32,000 nucleotides of DNA from Halorhodospira halophila SL1. GTDB taxonomy: Bacteria; Pseudomonadota; Gammaproteobacteria; Nitrococcales; Halorhodospiraceae. Within the stretch, counting starts at the first letter, position 1, and every line of letters starts with the position of its first letter. The translations under genes and the position numbers were made by a program. Positions 18,879 to 26,158 of this stretch are shown one piece after another. The notes beneath the pieces were generated by a model. The model did no database searches. It saw only the letters and a list, made by a program, of their open reading frames with translations, and was not told the DNA's origin. Where the stretch lies: NCBI RefSeq assembly GCF_000015585.1, contig NC_008789.1:2070001-2102000 (forward strand), written 5' to 3'.

Positions 18879-21170
18879 TTACGGACGGCTCACGTCGTAG
18901 CGGGCCTTGCCCTGATCCTCGTCGAAGAGGACCTCGATTTCCTTCTCGGGCACGGTGCTCATCTCACACTTGTAGCAGGTGAACCACATCATGTAGATAC
19001 CGATCACCCACCACAGCAGCTGCCAGACCACGATGGACGGCAGGCCGAGGAACCACCAGGTATCGGGGTTGGTCGGATCACCGAAGACCCAGTTGCCCAG
19101 CAGGGCGCCCGGACCGAAGGCGAAGATCCACCAGCCGATGACGATGGTGAAGGCGATCGGGATCAGGTGGCGCTTCTCGGCCGGCAGTGACGCATGCTCG
19201 CGAAGGAAGGCGTGCACCGTCATGCGGTGATCGTAGTCTTCCTTGTTGTTCTGCGTCATCGCCGAGACGACCACGGCCACCAGGGCGTTAAGCACCAGGC
19301 CCCACCCGGCAGAGTGGATGGTCAGCGGCCAACGGCCCCAGGGCACGTCGACGCCCGCCGCCGCCAGCAGGTCGATGCCGATGTTCTCGGTCATCAGCAC
19401 GGCAACGATGCCAACGCCCAGCCCCCAGACCACACCCGGACGGGTAAGCCAGGGGAAGAAGCAGATGGCGGCCAGCGGCACCCACATCTGCGTACCCATG
19501 GCGGTGGCCAGACCGCCGAGCAGCACCAGGGCGTCGGTGGTCACCGTCGCCACGGTCAGGGCCGCAAGCACCAGGATGGTGACGAAGACCCGGCCCGCCA
19601 CCACCTGGGCCTGGTTGCTGGCACTGGGCATGATGTAGCGACGCAGCAGGTCACGGGTAAACATGCCACTGGTGGTGGACATGTACGCCGCGCCGGTGGA
19701 CTGCATGGCCGCCAGGGCACAGACCGCCAGCAGGGCCGCCAGCCACGGCGCCGCCGCCTCCAGCATGTTCAGCAGCTGGGGCACAAGCTCGCTGTCACCG
19801 CCCCGATCCAGGGACAGGTCCAGCCAGGCCCGCTCGAGATCGCCCGGCAGAGCTGCCAGCCAGTCCGGATCCATGTTGCGCGGATCCTCACCGATGGACA
19901 GCGCCGCCAGACCGGCCGCGATGACCTGCTCGACCTCCTGACGACTGAGTTCCGGATGCTCGGCCTGGATCATGCCGCGCTGCATGACCGCGGTGGGTAC
20001 CAGCGGGCTGAGATCCATGCCGTCCAGGGACTCGCCGGCGTCCAGGCGCTCGCGCACCTCGTCCACCAGCCCTTGGTGCTCCTCGGAGGCCTCGAACAGC
20101 GTCCGGTACTCGGCCAGCTGCTCACCGTGCTCGTCGGAGAAGATGTCCTTGGCGAACTCGGTGTTGGCCCCCAGGCCGTGGGTGGCCATCGCCTGGATCG
20201 CCAGGAAGGTGAACATCAGGGCACCGACGCCCACCGGGGACATCCAGGTCTGTTGCGGCGCAAACGGACGCGGGTTCTGGTTCGAGAACGCCCACATGGT
20301 GAACGACGGGGAGGCCATGATGCCGCCCAGCGCCAGCATGTAGGTGATGTTCATGACGCCGGTCCAGACACCGCCCTGGGCGTTGGCCGCGGCACCGACC
20401 CACTGGATGGCACCCGGGATGGCGACATAGCCACTGGCACCGCTATCCCCCGGCACCATGCCCGGCGAGACCTCACCCGCACCACCGGTGGCGGTCTCCC
20501 ACTCGACCAGGCCGGCAATCACGTGCGTGAAGTTGTTCCAGCCGCCGATGTAGTAGAGCGTCACGACGCCGATGACGAAGATGCCCACAATGAGCAAAAC
20601 AGCCTGCGCCGCGTCCACGTACGCCACGGCGCGCAGACCGCCCGAGGCCACGTAGAACAGCACCACCGCGGACAGCAGCCACATGCCGATCTCGACGCCC
20701 ATCCAGCCGTCGGTGAGCACGTGGAACAGGAAGCCCGAGGCGCGCAGCTGAATCCCCAGGTACGGCACTGCGAAGATCAGCGCCACAATGAGGATCAGGA
20801 TGCGGATCGAGTCCGTCCGGAAGTAGTCCGCGAACATCTCGCCCGGCGTGACGTAACCCCAACGCTTGCCAATCATCCATTGGCGCTTGAGGAACAGCAT
20901 GCCGGTGAACGGGATGCAGATGGAGTAGAACGAGGCGTAGGCGTACTGCAGGCCGTCCTCGTAGATCAGGCCCGGGTGTCCTACGAACGTCCACCCTGAG
21001 AACGATGTGGCCGTTGCCGCCAGTATGAAGACCCACATACTGACGGAGCGCCCGGCCACGAAGTAGTCGCTGGCTGTGCGCGACCAAAGGTATCCCTTGA
21101 TACCCCAGAAGATGCAGTAGCCCCAGTACAGGCCTACAAACACCAACAGCCATATGGCCATAGCTGACAT
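18879..21170 (-). CDS. Sodium:solute symporter (SSS) family transporter, atypically long (763 aa); likely monocarboxylate/acetate permease by context
   Basis: SSS-type N-terminus (YFVAGRSVSMWVFILAATATSFSGWTFVGHPG; GGLRAVAYVDAAQA) and a late SSS helix (ALAAMQSTGAAYMSTTSG). Has a ~140-aa hydrophilic acidic insertion (aa ~335-474) and a ~120-aa C-terminal extension with 2 extra TM helices. RBS GAGGGGGAG lies upstream. The substrate is inferred only from the acs/sigma54 context. Confidence 0.9.
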   Translation of the reverse strand: MSAMAIWLLVFVGLYWGYCIFWGIKGYLWSRTASDYFVAGRSVSMWVFILAATATSFSGWTFVGHPGLIYEDGLQYAYASFYSICIPFTGMLFLKRQWMIGKRWGYVTPGEMFADYFRTDSIRILILIVALIFAVPYLGIQLRASGFLFHVLTDGWMGVEIGMWLLSAVVLFYVASGGLRAVAYVDAAQAVLLIVGIFVIGVVTLYYIGGWNNFTHVIAGLVEWETATGGAGEVSPGMVPGDSGASGYVAIPGAIQWVGAAANAQGGVWTGVMNITYMLALGGIMASPSFTMWAFSNQNPRPFAPQQTWMSPVGVGALMFTFLAIQAMATHGLGANTEFAKDIFSDEHGEQLAEYRTLFEASEEHQGLVDEVRERLDAGESLDGMDLSPLVPTAVMQRGMIQAEHPELSRQEVEQVIAAGLAALSIGEDPRNMDPDWLAALPGDLERAWLDLSLDRGGDSELVPQLLNMLEAAAPWLAALLAVCALAAMQSTGAAYMSTTSGMFTRDLLRRYIMPSASNQAQVVAGRVFVTILVLAALTVATVTTDALVLLGGLATAMGTQMWVPLAAICFFPWLTRPGVVWGLGVGIVAVLMTENIGIDLLAAAGVDVPWGRWPLTIHSAGWGLVLNALVAVVVSAMTQNNKEDYDHRMTVHAFLREHASLPAEKRHLIPIAFTIVIGWWIFAFGPGALLGNWVFGDPTNPDTWWFLGLPSIVVWQLLWWVIGIYMMWFTCYKCEMSTVPEKEIEVLFDEDQGKARYDVSRP

Positions 21171-21240
21171 TCGTGTCTCCCCCTCACATTTCTTGAGTTA
21201 TGAGGTGTTGCAATCCCCCCGCAGGGGTCGGCGGTCTCTA

Positions 21241-21256
21241 GCGAAAACCGTGCCAC
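21241..21256 (-). promoter_or_regulatory. Sigma54 (-24/-12) promoter for the symporter operon
   Basis: The minus strand reads TGGCACGGTTTTCGCT, i.e. TGGCAC-N5-TCGC, with GG and GC at canonical spacing (consensus TGGCACG-N4-TTGCW). The -12 GC lies ~70 nt upstream of ATG 21170. An NtrC-type activator is encoded in the window. Confidence 0.7.
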
Positions 21257-21317
21257 CCGCCCCAGAGCGCTTAACCCACTGATGGGCCTTGGCCCCGCAG
21301 CACGACCATGCGTCCAC

Positions 21318-21372
21318 GCGTTACCTTCGGTAACAAGCCACGTTCCCAGGGGTAACACCAGTGGGTAACACC
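21318..21372. promoter_or_regulatory. Upstream activator-site cluster in the divergent intergenic region (TGTTACC-type motifs)
   Basis: Palindrome GTTACC-ttc-GGTAAC at 21320-21334. A 10-nt direct repeat GGGTAACACC sits at 21350-21359 and 21363-21372. The cluster lies 64-116 nt upstream of the -24 GG of the minus-strand sigma54 promoter. Confidence 0.55.
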
Positions 21373-21447
21373 CGCGCAGCGGTTTGTCTCTGCCGCCGGG
21401 GTTGGGCATGATCAAAGCGAGCAGACCCCCGCACAGGAGAAGCGCCG

Positions 21448-23370
21448 ATGGCCGCCGGAGCGAACAGCCCCGGGGAGCAAAACCCGTCCGCCGACACGCT
21501 GGACGTCGGTCGCCTGGCCGAGAACGAGGTCTTCCGCAACCTTGATGAACAGTTACTGCGCGCACTGCTGGCGCGTGGCAGGGTTCATCACCTGGAAAGC
21601 GGCGACGTGCTCTTCCACCTCGGCGACCCGGACCGCGACACCCTCTATATTCTCTACGAGGGGCGGGTCGAGCTGCGCGACGCCCACAACGTGGTCACCG
21701 TCCGCGAGCCGGTGACCCTGCTCGGGCTGTCGAGCTACTTCGACGACGAGCCCTACACCCTCACCGCCCGGGCCACCCGGCCGTCGCTGGTGGTCGGCAT
21801 CCCCTTCGAGGATGTGCGCACCCTCGAGCGCGAACACCCGCCCCTGGCCGACGCCTTGAGCCGCATTATCGCCGACCGGATCCGCGCCAACTCCTGGCAG
21901 CATCGCGGCAGCCCCACCGGTGCCCTGTCGCAGCCGGCGCGCACCGCCATGTCCACGCCGCTGACCTACCAGCAGCCGGACTGCAGCCTGGGCGAAGCCT
22001 TCCGCTTCATGGACGAACGCAAGATCGGCAGCATCGGCGTGCTCGACGAGGCCGGCGGTCTGGTCGGCCTGGCCACGCTGCGCACCATCGGTCGCGCCAT
22101 CTTCACCCGGGGGCTGACCCCCGAAGCCTCCATCGTCGAGGCCGCCGAGCGGATCACCGCCATCGGCCCCGAGACGCCGCTATCCGAGGCCAAGGACATC
22201 CAGGCGCGGGAGAACGTCAAGTACCTGGTGGTCATGGACGGCACACGGCCGGTGGGCATGCTCTCGCAGTCGAACATGCTCCAGGCGATCATGGCCCAGC
22301 AGACCGTCATGCGCGAGCGCATCAACCGGGCCACCAGCATGTCGGAGCTGCAGCAACTCGCCGGCGAGGTGGGTTACGTGGCGCGCGAAGCCTGGAACAA
22401 CAACCGCGAGGCCAGCCGCGCCACCTATCTACTGAGCGAATTCCACCTGCAGCTCCAGCGCCGCTGCATCGACCTGGTGGTGGATGAACTCCGCAGCGAA
22501 GGCTGGGGCGAGGCGCCGCGTCCCTACGCCCTGCTGATCCTCGGTTCGCTGGCGCGCCGCGAGGCGCTGATCAACCCGGACCAGGACAACGCCATGATCA
22601 TCGGCGACTGTCCCCGGGGCGGCGACGACCCCCGCCCCCTGGACGAAACCGAGGCGGAGTGGTTCGCCACCTTCGCCGAGCGAGTGAACATCCGCCTCGA
22701 CGAGCTCGGCTACGAGTGGTGCAAGGGCGATATCATGGCCCGCAACCCGGAGTACCGTCACCCGCTGGAGCGCTGGCGGCAACAGTTCCGCTACATGGCC
22801 CGGCACCCGAACAGCACCTCGGCGCGCTGGTGCAACATCTTCCTCGACTTCGAGCTGCTCTACGGCGAACAGGGCCTGGTGACCGAGCTCTGGGACTTCG
22901 TCCTGGCCACCCTCAAGGAACAGCCCAAGCTATTGCGCTTTATGACCGGTGATGACGCCGAGGGCCAGCCGGCGGTGGGGCTGTTCAACCGGCTGATCCG
23001 CTCGCGCCGCGGCGACAATGGCAACGGCTGCGTGGACATCAAGCGCAAGGGGCTGCGCATCATCGCCAACGGGGCGCGCATCTATGCCCTTTCGGCCAGT
23101 GTGCGCGAAACCAACACCGTGGCCCGGCTCAAGGGCCTTCGCCGCGAGGGCGTGCTGACCAGCGAGATGGTCGACTCGGTCCTCACCGGCCACGAAGAGC
23201 TGCTCGATCTGCTGCTGACCCACCAGATCGAACAGCATCAGGCGGGCACCGCTCCGGACAAGTACATCGACCCCGAGGAGCTGGACGACCTGACCCGCCA
23301 GTCCCTGGCGACGAGCATGAAAGCGGTCAAGCGCTTCCAGGACCGCGTACAAGGCGTCTTCGGCCTTTAG
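21448..23370 (+). CDS. cNMP-binding + tandem CBS + DUF294-type putative nucleotidyltransferase (with DUF294_C-like substrate-binding domain)
   Basis: 640 aa. Cyclic-nucleotide-binding-like N-domain (VFRNLDEQLLRALLARGRVHHLESGDVLFHLGDP..LYILYEGRVEL). Two CBS motifs (..KIGSIGVLDEAGGLVGLATLRTI.. and ..VKYLVVMDGTRPVGMLSQSNML). Pol-beta-type NTase signature LGSLARREALINPDQDNAMII (GS at 22543-22548, DQD at 22579-22587). Confidence 0.9.
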   Translation: MAAGANSPGEQNPSADTLDVGRLAENEVFRNLDEQLLRALLARGRVHHLESGDVLFHLGDPDRDTLYILYEGRVELRDAHNVVTVREPVTLLGLSSYFDDEPYTLTARATRPSLVVGIPFEDVRTLEREHPPLADALSRIIADRIRANSWQHRGSPTGALSQPARTAMSTPLTYQQPDCSLGEAFRFMDERKIGSIGVLDEAGGLVGLATLRTIGRAIFTRGLTPEASIVEAAERITAIGPETPLSEAKDIQARENVKYLVVMDGTRPVGMLSQSNMLQAIMAQQTVMRERINRATSMSELQQLAGEVGYVAREAWNNNREASRATYLLSEFHLQLQRRCIDLVVDELRSEGWGEAPRPYALLILGSLARREALINPDQDNAMIIGDCPRGGDDPRPLDETEAEWFATFAERVNIRLDELGYEWCKGDIMARNPEYRHPLERWRQQFRYMARHPNSTSARWCNIFLDFELLYGEQGLVTELWDFVLATLKEQPKLLRFMTGDDAEGQPAVGLFNRLIRSRRGDNGNGCVDIKRKGLRIIANGARIYALSASVRETNTVARLKGLRREGVLTSEMVDSVLTGHEELLDLLLTHQIEQHQAGTAPDKYIDPEELDDLTRQSLATSMKAVKRFQDRVQGVFGL

Positions 23371-23453
23371 AATAAGGGCGTGCGCCGCCGACGCCAGGCG
23401 TGTCGACGGCGACCGAGATCCGGCCCAATAACCGAGAGGAGGCGGCCACGAAG

Positions 23454-23831
23454 ATGAGCCAAGAGATCCTGATCGTGGACGATGAGGACAACATCGTCCT
23501 GTCCCTGGAGTTCCTGATGAAGCAGGCCGGTTTCGAGGTGCGCACCGCCCAGGACGGCGAGCAGGCCATCGAAGCCCTCGAGGCACGCATCCCGGACCTG
23601 GTCCTGCTCGACGTGATGATGCCCCGCAAGGACGGCTACGAGGTCTGCCAGGAGATCCGTCAGCGCAGCGAGTGGGCGCACCTGCCGGTGGTCATGCTGA
23701 CCGCCAAGGGACGTGACGTGGAGCGCGAGAAAGGACTGGCCATGGGCGCCGACGACTACATCACCAAACCGTTCTCAACCCAGGAGGTGGTGGAAACGGT
23801 CCAGCACATCCTCGCCAACGGGGCACAGTAA
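23454..23831 (+). CDS. Stand-alone response-regulator receiver (CheY-like)
   Basis: 125 aa from ATG 23454, with RBS GAGGAGG at 23436-23442. [13 protein letters not shown].., phospho-acceptor context [14 protein letters not shown], plus VVMLTAKG and YITKPF. No output domain. The ORF track's GTG 23400 start adds 18 non-conserved residues. Confidence 0.9.
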   Translation: MSQEILIVDDEDNIVLSLEFLMKQAGFEVRTAQDGEQAIEALEARIPDLVLLDVMMPRKDGYEVCQEIRQRSEWAHLPVVMLTAKGRDVEREKGLAMGADDYITKPFSTQEVVETVQHILANGAQ

Positions 23832-25954
23832 TGGCCAGCGCCATGGCACGTCGCCGGTTGAAATTCTGGGCACCGGCGCTGGTCCTGCTGCTGCTGATCG
23901 CCGCTGCCCTGGCCACCGTCGGCTACCTGACCCTGGGACACGTTCCCGAGGGACCGGAGCGCGCCAATGCGCTGCTCGCCCTGGGAGGCGCCGGCGCGGT
24001 GCTCATCGGCGCCACCGTGGCCATCTGGATCCTCCTGGACGCCACCGTCATCCGCCCCCTGGGCGCGCTGGCCCGCGGGGCGTCGATCATGGCCCACTCG
24101 AACCCGGCCCACGAACTGGAGATCCCGAGCATGCACCTGCTCGGCGAGCTCCCGGAGAGCCTACAGACGCTGGGCAGCAACCTCTATGAGACCCGGCGCG
24201 AAGTGGCCAAGGCCCTGGGCTCCGGCGCCCAGGGGGTCGAGAACCAGAAGACGCGGCTGGAGATCGTTCTGCGCGAGATCCAGCAGGGGGTCATCGTCTG
24301 CGACACCGAGGGCCGGGTGCTGCTCTACAACCCGGCCGCCGGCGAGATCCTGCGCAGTGATGCACTGGGTCTGGGGCGCTCCATCTACGACGTGCTGGCC
24401 CGCTCGGCGGTGGACCACACCCTGGAGATGCTCCAACACCGCCTGGCCATCGCCGACGACCACACCGTGGCGGAAAACCGCGCCGAATTCGTCTGCGCGA
24501 CGGTGGATGACGGCGCCCTGCTGCACTGCCGGATGAGCCTGCTCCCCTCCTCCAGCCCCCTGCGCTCGGGGTTCGTGCTGACCATCGAGGACATCACCCG
24601 CAAGATTGAAGGCGTAGCCCGCCGCGACCACGCCCTGCGCACCGCCGTGGAGGCCCTGCGCCCGCCGCTGGCGAACCTGCGCGCCGCCGCCGAGAGCCTC
24701 GGCCAGGGCGACGAGGCCATGGCCCGCGAGCAGCGCCAGTCGTTCGAGACGCTCATGGTCCACGAAAGCCGGGAGCTGAGCCGACGCTTCGAGCGCATGG
24801 CCCGGGAGACCCACCGACTCGTCTCGGCCCCCTGGACCATGGCGGACATCAGCAGCGCGGACCTATTGGCCAGCGTCCTGCGCCGCCACCCGGAGGGATT
24901 GCCGAAGGTCGAGGTGGTCGGCATCCCGCTGTGGATGCACGCCGAGAGCCACTCCATCGGCCTGGTACTGGAGCACATGCTGCGCCACCTGCGCGGCGAA
25001 CTCGGCATCGAGCAGATCCGCGCCGAGCCCCTGATGGGGGATCAGCGGGTGTATCTGGATCTCTCCTGGCAGGGCCCACCGATCCCGCCGGATCAGCTCG
25101 AGACGTGGCTGGACGAGGAGCTGCCCGAGGCCACCGGGCAACTGACCCCGCGCGGGGTGCTGGAGCGCCACGACAGCGTCGCCTGGAGCCAGATACAACC
25201 TCGCTGCGAAGGACGCGCCCTGCTGCGCATCCCGGTGCCGCTATCGCGGCGCCAGTGGGAGCAGCCCGGCGAGCGCCTGCCACCGCGGCCGGAGTTCTAC
25301 GACTTCTCGCTGGCCGACCAGGCCGCCGATCAGGGCGAGCTGCTCGATCGCCCCCTGGCCCAGCTATCATTCGTCATCTTCGATACCGAGACCACCGGAC
25401 TGGCCCCCTCGGAAGGCGACGAGATCATCTCCATCGCCGGGGTACGCATGGTCAATGGCCGCATCCTCGAGGGCGAGTGCTTCGAGCAGCTGGTCAACCC
25501 CGGGCGGCCGATCCCCAAAGCGTCGATCAAGTTCCACGGCATCCGCGACGAGATGGTCGCCGACAAGCCGGGGATCGCCACGGTGCTGCCGCAGTTCAGC
25601 GCCTTCGTCGGCGATTCCGTGCTGGTCGCCCATAACGCCGCCTTCGACATGAAGTTCATCCGCCTCAAGGAAGGTCAGTGCGGCCTGAAGTTCGAAAACC
25701 CGGTGCTCGACACCCTGCTGCTGTCGGTCTTCCTGCACGATCACACCCCTGAGCACACCCTGGAGGCCATCGCCAACCGCCTGGGGGTGGAGATCAGCGG
25801 CCGCCACACGGCGCTGGGCGACACCCTGGTCACCGGCGAGATCTTCGCGCAGATGCTGCCGCTGCTCGAGGAGCGCGGCGTCACCACCCTGCGCGATGCG
25901 ATCAACGCCTCCGAACAGATGGTCGAGGTCCGCAAGCAGCAGGCCCAGTTCTAA
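23831..25954 (+). CDS. Membrane sensor (2 TM-HAMP-PAS-degenerate histidine-kinase-like core) fused to a DEDDh 3'-5' exonuclease (DnaQ/RNase T-like)
   Basis: 707 aa. The start overlaps the receiver stop (TAATG at 23829-23833). PAS: [32 protein letters not shown]. DHp-like helix [19 protein letters not shown] lacks His. The exonuclease domain spans aa 512-707 (nt ~25364-25951) with Exo[11 protein letters not shown], Exo[14 protein letters not shown] and Exo[15 protein letters not shown]. Confidence 0.88.
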   Translation: MASAMARRRLKFWAPALVLLLLIAAALATVGYLTLGHVPEGPERANALLALGGAGAVLIGATVAIWILLDATVIRPLGALARGASIMAHSNPAHELEIPSMHLLGELPESLQTLGSNLYETRREVAKALGSGAQGVENQKTRLEIVLREIQQGVIVCDTEGRVLLYNPAAGEILRSDALGLGRSIYDVLARSAVDHTLEMLQHRLAIADDHTVAENRAEFVCATVDDGALLHCRMSLLPSSSPLRSGFVLTIEDITRKIEGVARRDHALRTAVEALRPPLANLRAAAESLGQGDEAMAREQRQSFETLMVHESRELSRRFERMARETHRLVSAPWTMADISSADLLASVLRRHPEGLPKVEVVGIPLWMHAESHSIGLVLEHMLRHLRGELGIEQIRAEPLMGDQRVYLDLSWQGPPIPPDQLETWLDEELPEATGQLTPRGVLERHDSVAWSQIQPRCEGRALLRIPVPLSRRQWEQPGERLPPRPEFYDFSLADQAADQGELLDRPLAQLSFVIFDTETTGLAPSEGDEIISIAGVRMVNGRILEGECFEQLVNPGRPIPKASIKFHGIRDEMVADKPGIATVLPQFSAFVGDSVLVAHNAAFDMKFIRLKEGQCGLKFENPVLDTLLLSVFLHDHTPEHTLEAIANRLGVEISGRHTALGDTLVTGEIFAQMLPLLEERGVTTLRDAINASEQMVEVRKQQAQF

Positions 25955-25955
25955 C

Positions 25956-26153
25956 GTGACGGGACGGCGCAGTGAACGACTCATCGCCCTGGCCCTGCTG
26001 GGGATGGTGCTGTTCAACTATCCGGTGCTATCGCTGTTCGCAGTGGACGGCAAGGTGCTGGGGATGCCGGTGTTCTACGCCTACTTCTTCACCGTCTGGG
26101 CCGGCCTGATCGCGGCGGTGGCCCGGCTCAACCGGGCCACCGCCCAGGGGTAA
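25956..26153 (+). CDS. Small 2-TM membrane protein preceding the second SSS-kinase (CbrX-like position)
   Basis: GTG at 25956, 1 nt after the exonuclease stop and in frame with listed ORF 25896..26153. VTGRRSERLIALALLGMVLFNYPVLSLF..GMPVFYAYFFTVWAGLIAAVARL gives two hydrophobic helices. It ends 5 nt before the kinase GTG at 26159. Confidence 0.5.
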   Translation: MTGRRSERLIALALLGMVLFNYPVLSLFAVDGKVLGMPVFYAYFFTVWAGLIAAVARLNRATAQG

Positions 26154-26158
26154 GCGCG

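Noticed and set aside
23400-23453. GTG 23400 as the start of the receiver gene (ORF-track coordinates)
   Set aside because: The extra 18 residues (MSTATEIRPNNREEAATK) are hydrophilic and not part of a receiver fold. ATG 23454 follows a GAGGAGG Shine-Dalgarno and gives the canonical ..ILIVDDE.. spacing from the N-terminus.
21448-25954. Reading the nucleotidyltransferase + exonuclease pair as an anti-phage (CBASS-like or other) defence island
   Set aside because: The NTase signature and its cNMP/CBS N-terminal domains fit the DUF294 (GlnD/GlnE-like) type, not a cGAS/DncV-like cyclase. There are no Cap-type accessory genes, effector toxins, integrases or flanking mobile-element scars. The genes are embedded with acs, a monocarboxylate-type symporter and CbrA/CrbS-type sensors under shared regulatory motifs. 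A metabolic-signalling role fits better, though defence cannot be formally excluded without homology searches.
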